A DNA stretch of 48,971 nt, filler included, from Ionaspis alba (lineage: Eukaryota): assembly GCA_964255285.1 (NCBI GenBank). It is 2 parts of 2 records of this genome, joined end to end, with 100 filler letters (N's around TTAATTAATTAA, not from the genome) between each part and the next. Parts side by side here need not be neighbours in the genome. Positions count along the whole stretch, not along the records: positions 24,666 to 48,971 come from CAXUUL010000173.1; 1 more part is not named here. One strand, written 5' to 3'. Within the stretch, counting starts at the first letter, position 1. Every line of letters starts with the position of its first letter. Below the pieces are notes generated by a model. That model saw nothing but the letters and a program-made list of their open reading frames with translations. It made no database searches and had not been told where the DNA came from. This document shows, piece by piece, positions 24,566-36,841 of the stretch. The position numbers were made by a program, and so were the translations under genes.

Positions 24566-24665
24566 NNNNNNNNNNNNNNNNNNNNNNNNNNNNNNNNNNN
24601 NNNNNNNNNTTAATTAATTAANNNNNNNNNNNNNNNNNNNNNNNNNNNNNNNNNNNNNNNNNNNN
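24566..24665. other. Synthetic contig-joining spacer N44-TTAATTAATTAA-N44
   Basis: The palindromic 12-mer with stops in all six frames sits centred in Ns (24610-24621); genes are truncated on both sides. Confidence 0.9.
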
Positions 24666-24667
24666 AG

Positions 24668-24757
24668 AATGGGCGTATCAGCATGGCGGGATTGAACACG
24701 GGGAATGTGGAATATGTGGCTAAGGCGATTGATAAGGTTGTGAGGGAGACTTCTTGA
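24668..24757 (+). CDS. aat2: 3' fragment of aspartate aminotransferase (cytosolic Aat2-type)
   Basis: Translation NGRISMAGLNTGNVEYVAKAIDKVVRETS* matches the conserved AAT C-terminal GRISMAGL...VAKAI motif. It is not in the ORF track. Confidence 0.8.
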   Translation, partial: NGRISMAGLNTGNVEYVAKAIDKVVRETS

Positions 24758-25172
24758 GCGAGGGACGGCGTGCTGCGATGCGTATGCGGGAAAAGCAAAT
24801 AGAATGGACTGGAAAAGCATCCCATAGGTGCCTGCTGTTTAAGGGAATTGGTCGCGCCCACCTCGGTCATTAGATGTCTTCTCCCCTAAATGAATTCTTA
24901 CACTTGAGCCATTGTGGCAGTCTCTCATAAGAGAAATATGAACATGAATTAACGTTAGGCTGACAGATCCCTCCTCGTGCCCTTGAAGGACATGCCTCAA
25001 TAAGACCAAAGTAATAGACTAAGAAACGCAGCGAAGGCGCACAGATACGGATACATATGAGCATTTGCCTATATTTCTGCGTAATCTCGGAATTTTGCCA
25101 GCCTGCAATGCTATACGACTACAACCAAATAACCATACCTCTTAAGAATACCTATTTACTATGAGAAATAGC

Positions 25173-28100
25173 TCATAGTTTAGCAGCCTTTGCACCATCC
25201 ATCAACTCCGCCCCAGCACCAGCAATACACAACTTGCCAGTCTCAACAACCTTCGTCTGGAAGACGACCTTATTTCCTTCCTTCCACATCTCCGTCCTCA
25301 AAGTCTGTCCCGGTATCACAGTACCCGCAAACCGTACCTTAATATTCTTGAACGGTCCATAGGTCTGGTAGATATGCTTTCCGCTAATGCCGAAGAAGCA
25401 CAATCCATGAAGAATAGGGTCTTTAAAGCCACCAACCTTAGCGAACTCAGGATCAATGTGTAGAGGATTGCGATCACCGGACAATCGGTAAAGCGCTGCT
25501 TGGTCATCAGAGGTCTTCTCCTCAACAACCGTATCTGGATTTCGCTGAGGTGGCTTGTGGACAGCAGTCGCAGCACCACGATTCCCACCCTTCGAAGGAC
25601 CGCCGAAGCCGCCACTTCCACGGACAAACACCGTAGACTCGTTGTAAAAGATATCTTCACCCGTCGAGGCATCCTTGGTTACACTACCCGAGACCATGAT
25701 GGCGGCATTGCCCTTGTCGACGACTTCTATCAGCTTGGGCGAGCTGATCAATCTCGCCGAGGTTGGTATAGGGAATTTGCGGATTTCGAGATATTGCTCG
25801 CCGTGGAGAAGCATCATGGGCGAGAAGTTGGGCATGATTTCGTCCATGTTGAAGGGGGTAGAGGCACCGAAAGTGGGAATGACGCCAAAGGTTGGGAGGA
25901 CTTGGAAGGACTCGGAGCCTTCGAAGACGAGAGGGAGTTCGGTGCGTTTTGCGCCAAGACCGAGGTTGTAGAGAATAACTTCTCGGTCATCGTAGGAGAA
26001 CTCGGTTCCGCTTCCTTCAGCTTTCTTGGCTTTTTCGATGTTGTCCAGGATCTCTTGGTCTACCTTGACTTCCTTCTTCGCTGGTCCTTTACTTCGGTTT
26101 TGCATATTATTCATTATGCTCTTCAGTCCGTCTTGGCTGTCTTCGGGATGATCGGCTCTGCCATCATCAAAATTGATGATAGTCTTCCATTGCTTCAGGA
26201 CTGCCTCGGGGGTCAATTTGACGTCAACGGGGAAGCCGTAGCCTCCACTACGCTGCCATCTCGTCCGGGCTTGCCAGCCACTGCCGACTTCAAACAGGCC
26301 ACCGGTGGGTGGATTAGGTACTTTGTCAGAGCAGAGGGCAACAACCAATGGCGCCACTTGTTCTGGTTTGAATGCTTGAACCATGTCCTCGGGCATGATT
26401 GTCCGGGTCATGTTAGTTCCTGCATTGGGAGCAATGGTGTTCACGTAGATGTTATATTTGGCTCCTTCGCGGGCAAGGGCACGAGAAAAACCAAGTATAC
26501 CCAATTTCTAGAACGATCAGCTTCACTGAGAGACTACTTGGAGGAGAGGACTTACTGCTGCAGCGTAGTTGGCTTGTCCAAAATTACCGTAAATACCGCT
26601 TGTGCTGGTAGTATTGACCACACGTCCATACTTCTGTTTTAGAAAGTATGGCCAGGCTGCTTTCGTGACTTTGTAAGTGCCTCGGAGATGTACAGACATG
26701 ACTTGGTCCCAGAGCTTGTCATCCATATTTGTGAATGCCTTGTCTCGCAGGATGCCGGCGTTGTTGATGATGATATCGATTCGTCCATAAGCGTCGATTG
26801 CAGCCTTAACAACAGCATCGCCGTCTTCCACTGAGGCTTTGTTTCCAACAGCCTTCCCGCCATTCTTTTGGATCTCTTGAACCACGTCATCTGGATTGAC
26901 GAGATCGTTCACAACGACAGAGGCACCATATTTGGCGAAGAGAAGCGCGTATGACCGACCAAGCCTAAATGAATTAGTAAGGACTATACTCGAGGGATAA
27001 TTGAGACATACCCTCCACCAGCGCCAGTGATCAGAGCGACTTTCCCAGTAAAGTCAAGCTTCTCCCCTTGATCGTTATCAGGCAACTTTTGCGCCTCCTC
27101 CAGCAGAGTCATGAAGTCTGCAACGCCATCAGGATAGCTCGGTTTCGAAAAGTCGTTCACGTCATTCCATTTCTTCAGTACAGCGCCAGGAGTGAATGTC
27201 GGCCCAACTTTGAGGAGAGCACCCTTTGCACGTTCCCATCGTATCTTTGCAATATGGCCACCGCCGACCTCAAAAATTGACCCCGTCTCTTGTTTGTTGG
27301 AGGAGTGAACAAGGACTGCCACCAATGGCACAACCCAGTCCGGCTTAAGGCTCTCGAGGACATCTGGTGGCATGACTGTTGCTGTCATTCTGCTAGCAGC
27401 TAGAAGCAGTGTCAACTTTCGGGGGTTGACAGGACTACTACTCAAAGAATGAGAGGTGCTTACCAATTGGTGCGATAACGTTGCATAGAATGTTGTACTT
27501 GTATCCCTCCTTAGCAAGCGTCTCCGTAAAGCCGACCTGGGATAATTTGGCAGCTGTTGTAAATCAGCTTCGGACAGCGCACTAAGCATAAGATTGTTTT
27601 ACCAGAGTAATTGGTCTGTCCAAACCCTCCAAAGAGACCCGCAGCCGAAGAGGTGTTGATGACCCGTCCGTACTTTTGTTTCCGGAAATGAGGCCAAGCT
27701 GCTCTTGCACACTATACGGTTGAGTCAACCACTGTCTCGTGTAGCATCACCTCGTAAACTTTTGAATGACCCACCTTGTAGGCACCCTTGACATGAACCT
27801 TGATAATTAGATCCCAGTCCTCGTCTTTCATATTCTTGAAGCTAATGTCCCGCAAGATGCCAGCATTGTTGATCAGGATGTCGATTCTTCCAAACTCCTT
27901 GATGGCTGTCTCAATGATCCTGTCACCATCCTCAACGCTGTCGTAATTCGCAACGGCCTTTCCGCCAGCGGCTCGGATCTCGTCGACGACTACATCGGCA
28001 GTCTGGCAGAGTAAGCGTCAGGCCTTGGAGAACTGAAGAGGGAAGAACAATTGAGCATTTTTACTTACTTTTGAGGATTTCCCCTCTCCTTTGAAAGATC

Positions 28101-28224
28101 CTCCCAGGTCGTTGACCACAACGTTTGCTCCCCTCGATCCAAAAAATGTGGCATATGCTTTCCCAAGACCCCCACCAGCACCGGTAATGACGACCGTTTG
28201 GCCGTCGTAGCGAAGTTCCGACAT
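25173..28224 (-). CDS. fox2: Peroxisomal multifunctional beta-oxidation enzyme (hydratase-dehydrogenase-epimerase), ~904 aa
   Basis: Exons 28224-28069, 28002-27775, 27711-27603, 27553-27464, 27399-27012, 26964-26556, 26507-25173. Two SDR domains ([16 protein letters not shown], NYxAAK), a MaoC hydratase ([21 protein letters not shown]) and a C-terminal AKL PTS1. Confidence 0.97.
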
Positions 28225-28472
28225 GATATTGTGTATTACCCTTCCGTGAGTCAGAGAATATGAGAACAATAGCGGCAAGACATTTCAATTTCTGATCAAG
28301 GCACCCTCCAGAGTATTTGAAGGACGGATAGAGCTTACCTCGCAGACATTCGTCCGGTCATGCCTCGGCAACTCGGCCATGGAGCTTAGCGCTGCGCTAG
28401 CACCGTTTCCCCGGACTGGCATTGGGGCAATTTTCACATGCGGAGAAAATGTTAGGAAACCCTAAATCAACA
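28225..28472. promoter_or_regulatory. Compact bidirectional promoter (fox2 / tda10-like) with FarA/FarB core site CCTCGG at 28363-28368
   Basis: 248 bp lie between the divergent ATGs. Exact CCTCGG plus near matches CCTCGC (28338) and ACTCGG (28371). CCTCGG/CCGAGG is the known FarA/Ctf1 core in fatty-acid catabolism promoters. Confidence 0.65.
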
Positions 28473-29838
28473 ATGCCAGAATCTATGGACGATAAGTCTC
28501 AATATTGTATACCTTTCATACTGGAGCAGCTAGAGATTCACCAAAAAAAACATGGCGGGAAACATAGAGCTCCACCCTTTTTCTTGGGCATGAATGGGGT
28601 TCAAGGGGTAGGCAAAACAACTTTGGTAAGCTGTCTCCGCATGGTTCCCTTGTTCCCTCACGATCTACGCATAGAGCATAAATTTCAGTCAAACATGTCT
28701 GTAAATTATTACAAAACTTGTGGTTTTTCAAATACAGAACGGATTTGCCATCCTTTTCCAGCTTCAGACCTGCATTCGTCCAGTCAATCGACTTTCACAT
28801 GCGATTTCAAAGCTGCGCCCAGGCCCGCTGCAACAGCATTTGACACCTGCTATATGTTCTTTTCGTTACGGCTCGTAATTTTTGTCGATTGGTTGCTCAT
28901 CAACAGGTGAATAATCTCGCCTTCACTCTCCGCTCCCCACCCCACTCCCTGCCCACCGTCGTCCTCTCGCTCGACGATCTCTACCTCCCTCACGATGCCC
29001 TGACCCAACTGGCCGCGTCTCATCCCGGAAATCCTTTGATTCAGCACCGTGGACCTCCCTCAACCCATGACATCCCCCTTGCTCTCTCGTTCTTCGCAGC
29101 TCTACGGGAAGGTCGCCCTACTAAGATCCCTCAATACGATAAAAGTCGCTTTCAAGGACAGGGAGATAGAGTGGACGAGACAGAATGGGAAGCTGTCAAT
29201 CAGCCAGGGATGGAGAAGGTGAAGGTTGTGGTTCTTGAGGGATGGGGTGTGGGATTCCGGGCACTTGGAAGGACCGCTAACTCGGATTTTCTCCGGGAGA
29301 TGTGGGAGAAAGCTGTTGCGCAACGTAGGGAGGAGGGAGATAGGTATCAGGGACGACTGGGATGGCAAAGATTGGAGGATGTGAGATTTATTGATGAGGC
29401 GCTGGTTGAGTATACGGGGATAACCGAGTAAGCCGAGCTTGGAGGACTTTTGAGAAGTATGCTGATGTGCACAGTCAACTGGACGCTTTCGTGCACATGT
29501 AAGCTCTGAGGTACGATCCAGAAAGTAGCTGCTCATTCTGGCACAGTGATGCAGAAGACTTGCATTACGTCTACGAGTGGCGGTTGGAGCAGGAAGTCGC
29601 TCTTCGTGCTGCAAAGGGGTCAGGAATGACAGATGAGCAAGTGAAGACTTTCGTGGATGGATGTGAGATCGACCGCAAGTCCATCATCTTATAAAGATAC
29701 TAACACCATGAAGATTATCCGTCATATGAGCTTTACACAGATCAGCTCCGGAAAGGGGTATTCAAAGGGGAGGAAGGGAAGCTACTACGGCTGACAGTTG
29801 GTAAGGATCGGAAAGTAAAGGATGTGATCAAAATTTAG
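28473..29838 (+). CDS. tda10: P-loop kinase, Tda10 / D-glycerate 3-kinase-like, ~312 aa
   Basis: Exons 28473-28625, 28907-29427, 29475-29498, 29547-29662, 29714-29838. Walker A GVQGVGKTT, SLDDLYL, RGPPSTHD, PQYDKS, LEGWGVGF, VYEWRLEQE, FVDGYYPSYELY. Confidence 0.88.
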
Positions 29839-29965
29839 GAAAAGGACGGCTAAATCTATAACTCATCATCTTCGCAGTGCACAAATGGATAGAGAATGAA
29901 GTTTCAACGAACTCAGTTATGAGATCCATTTGTTGGACCGAGATGAGCATCTCCACGGATCGACA

Positions 29966-31204
29966 CTATGGTGAACCTCTGTCAGATACTTCATTATTCT
30001 CTCTCTCGGGAATTTCCAATCCCCACAACTCGATCACCACCTGACCACTTCTCACAGCCGCCACAACTAGGCCGTTCCCAAACTTCTCAACAGCTGTTAC
30101 AGACTCTGAGGGGCTTCCTAGAGGATCAAATCCCCTATTATTTCCTTGTTCCGTGCACGAAGGCCAAAGTCTGATCATCGCCTTCCCGCCGTAGGTACTT
30201 CCATTCGCGGCTCGACCCTCGCCGGCAGATACGATTAGGCCAGAACAAACACAAAGCGCCGTTACCACGACGTCATGCGCTCGAATTTCCCAGAGCTGTA
30301 GATACGAGGTCAATGACCAAGTTCGTATCCAGCCACCGGTGTCACCGGAGACGATTGTGTCATGGAATGCGCATATTTTGTTTACCGGATCGCTATGCCC
30401 TCGAAGAATCGCTAATGTTGAGCTAGGAGCAGTAGAGTCAGCTGGCTGTAGCCAATCTGCAATAAGGAGAACAGGTGCTTCGATGAAAATGAAAATCTCA
30501 CCCGGTTATCATGTTCCACACTCTGATCGTTCTATCAAGACTCCCTGTGACAACCTTTCCACCAGTCATCTTCACATCCCATATGGCATCGGAGTGCCCC
30601 CGAAGCGTATGTAGGCACTTCTTGCGAGCACTGTCCCAGACTATGGCTGTATGGTCGTTTGATCCAGAGACTAGAACTTCTTCTCTCTTCGCGAGGCAGC
30701 GGACAGGGCCTAAATGTCCTCGGAACACCTGCAAACACGTTCCTGTCACTGCGTCCCAGAGTCTGATATCGAAGTCATTGGAGCCCGAGAAGACTTTACG
30801 TCCTTCCATCTCAATGGCACGGATGACGGAGGTGTGGCCATAGAGGGAACGTAGTATTTGGCTATCTTGTTATAAGAACATTCAACCTTCATTCTGGTTC
30901 TTTGGGTGTCCGCAACATACCCTGATGCAATGCTCCACACTCGCAGTACCGCTGTCTGGGTGTCACTTACCAGTACGTCATCACTTGCGTAGAAGTCCTC
31001 TTTCAGGGTGTAGCCATTGCAAGCTGCGAGGTTCATAACGGTGCCAGTTGGCTCTTGGAGGGTCCTGAGGCATTCGCCATCGGCATTCAAGATGTAGATT
31101 CTACCATCAACGAGGCCGACCATAATCTTCGTCGTTGTAGTGCAAAAACTTGATGCCACTCCATCGTGAGGTACGGTATAAGAGGCTCTCAACTTCAACG
31201 CCAT
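29966..31204 (-). CDS. WD40-repeat beta-propeller protein (Cdc4/Fbw7-like repeats, no F-box seen), ~366 aa
   Basis: Exons 31204-30921, 30861-30502, 30422-29966, in frame. Repeats GH..SGSNDFDIRLWD, GH..SGSNDHTAIVWD, GH..TGSLDRTIRVWN, GH..SGDTGGWIRTWS. Confidence 0.82.
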
Positions 31205-32077
31205 GCTAAAAAATGCTCACCAGATAAGTGGAAACGGTACGAGGATAATGATTGTCAAGGTAGTGAAAGTGTTCATCTATTTACAGCTGCCAGATGTTTG
31301 TTTAAGAAAGTAGGATCTGAAAAGGGAAGCTACATACTCAAAATTGGAGCGTCACAAGAATTGTCCGTCACCGAAGGAAGCACCCGCCGTGATCACAAAG
31401 CACCCAACTGAAATTTTGCAAAACAGTTGTCGATCCCATGAAGACGATCATGCTTTATAGTCCAACTCAACCTAGACATGCTTTGATGAATTTTGCTGCA
31501 GCTTCGATTGAATATGACAATCATCTAGGAGCATTGTGTTATGGCTGCAGCAAGTTCTTAGCTCTCAAGATTCGTGACTCATCCTTTGAAGTACAACTTC
31601 AGTACTACGAAAGCCATTCGCCCTTTTCTGCAATTTTGTCGTGAGCAATCGTTACTTGCAAAGAGCTTCACAACCCTCTGCTGCATCGGCTGCTCGGGCA
31701 AAGATACATCTTTCACAGCAAATCGCTCAGCCTCAGGACTCGAAAGCGAGCTCCCGGGACTCGCACAACGAGTCAAGAGGCCGGTCAGAGGAGGAAAAGA
31801 ACTTAGTCAGGAACTAACAAGAACAGAACAGAGACTGAGGCACGGGGTTGGCCGGGCTGAATGGCGGGAAGAAGGCGAGTCTCAAGTCAGGATGCTGGTA
31901 TATACGTGTTGTTCTCGTTATGAATCACTGGAGTGAAGAGCACTCGCAAAGAGTTGCACAGAAGACAACTCTACCGAGAAATAGAACGAGTGTGATCAAA
32001 GAAGTTGATGTTGTCTAGTAAGTTTGCTATTCATTTCACTATCTAGCCAATGCGCTAATTATCCGTGGCACTTCGGC

Positions 32078-32287
32078 GCGCTAAGCTTGGCAACTCTTAT
32101 CGAGCTGACTCTCTAGTTCTCCTCCCTAATATNNNNNNNNNNNNNNNNNNNNNNNNNNNNNNNNNNNNNNNNNNNNNNNNNNNNNNNNNNNNNNNNNNNN
32201 NNNNNNNNNNNNNNNNNNNNNNNNNNNNNNNNGCGCTAAGCTTGGCAACTCTTATCGAGCTGACTCTCTAGTTCTCCTCCCTAATAT
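32078..32287. other. Assembly gap (100 N) flanked by an exact 55-nt duplication
   Basis: 32078-32132 is identical to 32233-32287; N run 32133-32232. Confidence 0.95.
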
Positions 32288-32734
32288 CAAAACGAGCGAC
32301 ATCCACCTGTCTTTTTGCTTTTCAGGCGCACTGAGATTCTGCTGTGATGGTCCCTGATTTGGGCCGAATTGCCTCCGCAACCATGACTATCTCAGTCCTC
32401 GTCCTTCAAATGCCTGTGCCATCAAATTGAACTGCTTGGCCTGCATCGGTTTCCACCACTGGCTCTGCCGTACGTTTTCTCGATAGAAGAACTCTTGTCC
32501 CATAGCGCCATTAGTATGAGTGTGATGTGTCATTTATCAACAGACTAGATGTATTTTCCCACAAGCTTTCCTGATTGAGATCTCTAGCCCGACGGGAGGA
32601 GACTGCTTGCTTATGACTCATTGGCTCTCGTTCAGCACTATAAACATCTTGTTCCTGCATAAACAGCTGAAACCACAAGATCACATAGCGAGCATAATCG
32701 AAGCAACATCCTAGATCGTATGAGAAACTACACA

Positions 32735-33419
32735 ATGCGTTCAGATAAACAAGCCCAAGTGAAAAGCACCAATTCATTGGTTACCACACCATACAGACAG
32801 ATCCGCGCACTCTACGATGCCGACACAATCACCGTCTACCAAGCTTACTCCACCGCAATAGCTTCTGCCGCCCTTGAAGCTCAAAAGCTATCCGCCTCTC
32901 CCGACTTCAAACTTGACCGCATGACATGGATCAAGCCCTCCTGGTGCTGGATGATGTACTTTCCCACTCTCTGTCTTTTCTACAGCACCTTAACAGCTCA
33001 GGTACCGAAGTGGTTACTCCCACAAAGACCCGAAGCAAGCCCGCATCCTCGCCATTCGCATGAAACATGCAGATTTCCTTGCACTTCTTAAACGGGCAAC
33101 CCTTTCCCACGAACCTTCAACCACTACAGAAGCGGATCAGGCGAGGGTGCAATGGGATCCCGAGCGTGGGCCGCGGCTAGAGAGACTGGAGTGGAGGAGT
33201 ATTCAGATTGGGGTCCCGTCCGGATTGGGAACGTTGTGGGTCGAGGAATGGATTGAGGGCATTGAGGACGTCACCGAAAGGGCTAGGAAGATGAAGGAGG
33301 AACTGGATACAGATCCAGACGTGGGAACGGGGGAACTGGTGGCCAGAGGATTGATGCCTCAGGAGAGAGTGTATCAGCTACCGGATGAATTGGCACAGCA
33401 TTTGGGCATGGATGCTTAA
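32735..33419 (+). CDS. DUF4291 family protein, ~212 aa
   Basis: Exons 32735-32955 and 33002-33419. Motifs RQIRA..ITVYQAY, RMTWIKPSWCWMMYRSGY, RVQWDPER, RSIQIG, WIEGIEDVT. Confidence 0.88.
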
Positions 33420-33771
33420 GTTTACAGTAAGATGGACGTCAAACTAGTCTATGTGTTTGTCGTTCTGAGAATTTATAAAAAAAACGGTCTTCAGCGACAG
33501 CTAGAATGGTCTCCTTGTAGTTGCGGTAACACGAATTGATCTGCCAACGGCTGTCAGGGACTGAAATAGCCGAGCAGCACGTGTATGCTCGGATGGCAGG
33601 CCGAAAAAAGGGGTCCAGTCAGCGACCGCAGGGATCAGGCACGGAAAGAAATATTTCGGTCGCGTCGCTAAGATTATGCTCAACGGCTACCTTCCGTCAA
33701 TTGTTTGACCACCAGCTCACCACATCAATGCAATTGAGGCAGGTGGGCGATCGTACCAGTTTTTCTTTGAG

Positions 33772-36740
33772 ATGGCGCGTCTCAATAGATTCGGATTTCT
33801 CGCCATCGCAGTGGTGTTCCACCTCATCTACATCGTCTCCATCTTCGACATTTACTTCGTGAGCCCGATTGTCCATGGCATGAAAGCTTACTCGGTAGGA
33901 GAGAGTAGTGGGATCAAGGCTCCTGCTCAGAGACTAGTACTTTTCGTTGGTGATGGCCTCCGTGCAGACAAGGCATTCCAGTCCTTTCCAGATCCCTCTC
34001 CTTCAATTCCAAATGCCCATGAGGCTTTGGAGCCCCGCCCCTTAATGCCATTCATTCGTTCACGAGTTGAAACACACGGGACATTCGGTGTGTCACATAC
34101 AAGAGTACCAACAGAGTCGAGGCCAGGCCATGTGGCACTCATTGCGGGGCTTTATGAGGATGTTTCGGCAGTCACTACGGGTTGGAAGCTCAATCCTGTC
34201 AATTTCGACAGTGTTTTCAATCGGAGCAGGCATACTTGGAGTTGGGGGAGCCCTGATATTTTGCCAATGTTCAAGGAGGGTGCTGTTGAAGGGCGTGTCT
34301 CGGCTGACACATATGGAGAGGAAGCAGAGGATTATACTCAAGGTAGGACTTAAAATCTGATCGGAAGCGAGGGACGAGGGCTGACACCAGTCAGATGCGA
34401 CACATTTAGACAACTGGGTATTTGACAAGGTAGAGGAGATGTTCAAGTCTGCTGCCAGTAATTCGTCCCTCGATACGGCTTTGCGGCAAGACAAGAATGT
34501 CTTCTTTCTCCATTTGCTGGGATTGGATATGACAGGACATTCATATAGACCTTACTCGAAAGAATACCTTCACAATATCAAGATCGTGGATCAAGGAGTC
34601 GAGAGGATGACAAAGTTGGTTGAAGATTTCTTCGGCGATGACAAGACAGCTTTCGTGTTCACAGCAGATCATGGCATGAGCGATTGGGGTAGTCATGGTG
34701 ACGGTCATCCGGACAACACTCGCACACCGCTTGTGGCATGGGGTTCTGGCGTCAGGAAACCGGAGATCTCCAAGACTGGTTTTGCCGCTGGTCATGAAGA
34801 TGGATTCTCTAGCGATTGGGGCCTGGACAGTATCGCCCGACATGATGTTGCACAGGCAGATATTGCTGCACTCATGGCGTATCTCACTGGCTTGGACTTT
34901 CCTGTCAACTCCGTCGGTGAGCTTCCCCTGCCTTACCTTGCAGCACCTGAGGCGGAGCAGGCAGAGGCAGCTTTGGTCAATGCTCAAGGAATATTGGAGA
35001 TGTATAAGGTCAAGGAAGAAGAGAAGAGAGCGACAGAGCTGAGATACAGGCCCTTTGCGGCTCTAAGCCAAGGGGATCATTCGATTGACCATCGGATTGC
35101 TCTTATCAGGTCTGCAATTGACAGCGGAGATTTTAGGGGCGCAATTGATCACAGTCACGAACTTCTCCACCTAGGCTTGGATGGATTGCGGTATCTCCAG
35201 ACCTACGATTGGCTCTTCCTTCGAGCACTAGTTACCATTGGTTATCTTGGCTGGATCGCATTTGCGATTACCACGGTCATTGACTTGCACGTGCTGGACG
35301 GGAAAACCGACACGACCAGGACAGTAACCAGTACTTCTATTTTCGGCGCTGTGCTTGTTGCTCTCTACTCTTTCTTATGGATTCAGAAGTCACCCGCTAC
35401 CTATTATGCATACGCACTTTTTCCTGTATTTTTCTGGGAGGAGGTCGTGGCGCGACGAAATGCTCTGTCTGCGGGTAGAAGGACACTTCTGGGTCATCTG
35501 ACAACGAACAACGATTTTCTTCTTTTCTTCTTCAAAACCATTGCCACTATTGGACTCTTAGAGGCACTTGTGAGTGTCTCTCAACTTTGACCTTGTGCCG
35601 CACAAAGAGAACCACTTATTTATTGTGCCTTCCAGGTATTTTCGTACTTCCATAGAGAGGTCTATTCCGTTTGTTTCATTGCTGCCGTTTTCTGGCCAGC
35701 AATTTACGGACAAAAGTTCTGGACCGAGAACAAGATATTAATGACAACTTGGGGGTTAGCTTGTACAACAATGAGCATTTTCACTCTTCTCCCTGTGGTT
35801 AAGGTTGAGAATACCAGTGTAATGTGAGTCTTCTTCTCGGCCATCTGATTGACACATCAGGACTGTTATAGAAACAAGAATTCCATCGACACTAGGCATA
35901 GTGGAAAACCACGCCCCCACATTAAGAGTTTCAGCTAACATTGGTCCCACCGTAGTTTATTGGGCGGAATTCTAATGGCGTCTGTGGGCCTTCTGTACAT
36001 TATCTTCGAGAAAAGCATCATTCTGCCCTCCAACAAGAGCACCTTGGTAGCATCGAGAACCGACGGACTTTCGCGAAGCATTCTCGGCGTTCAGATTGGG
36101 CTGATTGTGCTGGCCATGGTCGTGACTCGATCGAGCATCAATTCTCTTCAGGCCAAACGTGGCCTGCCAGTGGGGAACCAGATTGTAGGCTGGCTGGTAC
36201 TTGGTATGACCTTCATGTCCCAATACTAATTCTGATGTCTAACGCGTCTTTAGTGACGTCGATATCTCTACCTTTCCTAAACAGCTTGCAGCCTAATAAA
36301 CATTATCTGCATCGACTTGTCACAATATTCCTCACATTTTCTCCGGCATTCATCATCCTCACAATATCCTACGAGGGCCTCTTCTACTTTGCTTTTTGTA
36401 TCACACTCATCACTTGGGTTCGGCTCGAACATCACATCTATAAGTTTGGCACAAAAAACGATGCATCTCCACCATCTCCAACCACGAAACCCAAGGCACT
36501 GGGGGATGCCCTTTCCTCCATCTCCTCGCAACTCAGATCTGGAAACGAGAAAGACGACCGGTACACATATCGCGCTCTCGGTCTCTCAGATATACGCATA
36601 GCACTGTTCTTCTTCTTTCTCCTGCAATCAGCCTTCTTCTCTACTGGCAATGTTGCCTCGTTGGGACAATTTTCTCTCGACAGCGTGTACCGCCTTATTC
36701 CGGTCTTCAACCCTTTTTCTCAAGGTGCTTTACTTCTTGT
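33772..36740 (+). CDS. mcd4: GPI ethanolamine phosphate transferase 1 (Mcd4/PIG-N), interrupted by gap
   Basis: Exons 33772-34342, 34395-35569, 35636-35823, 35956-36203, 36254-36740(gap). Motifs [60 protein letters not shown]. Confidence 0.95.
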
Positions 36741-36840
36741 NNNNNNNNNNNNNNNNNNNNNNNNNNNNNNNNNNNNNNNNNNNNNNNNNNNNNNNNNNNN
36801 NNNNNNNNNNNNNNNNNNNNNNNNNNNNNNNNNNNNNNNN
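36741..36840. other. Assembly gap (100 N) inside mcd4
   Basis: N run with no flank duplication; the final TM segments of Mcd4 are missing. Confidence 0.9.
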
Positions 36841-36841
36841 G

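Noticed and set aside
24755..24802. Stop-codon readthrough giving a cryptic PTS1 on aspartate aminotransferase
   Set aside because: The stop context is TGA GCG, not TGA CTA, and the extension ends in GKSK, which is not a PTS1.
24861..24866. Additional CCTCGG hexamers (24861, also 17144 and 18122)
   Set aside because: They lie in a convergent 3' region or lack a plausible target; lone hexamers are expected by chance, which also tempers the other single-site calls.
25500..26642. 380-aa plus-strand ORF antisense to fox2
   Set aside because: Shadow ORF caused by codon bias of a conserved gene; no domain features. The same applies to antisense ORFs over GT2, bglE, acr-2, LysM and rad4.
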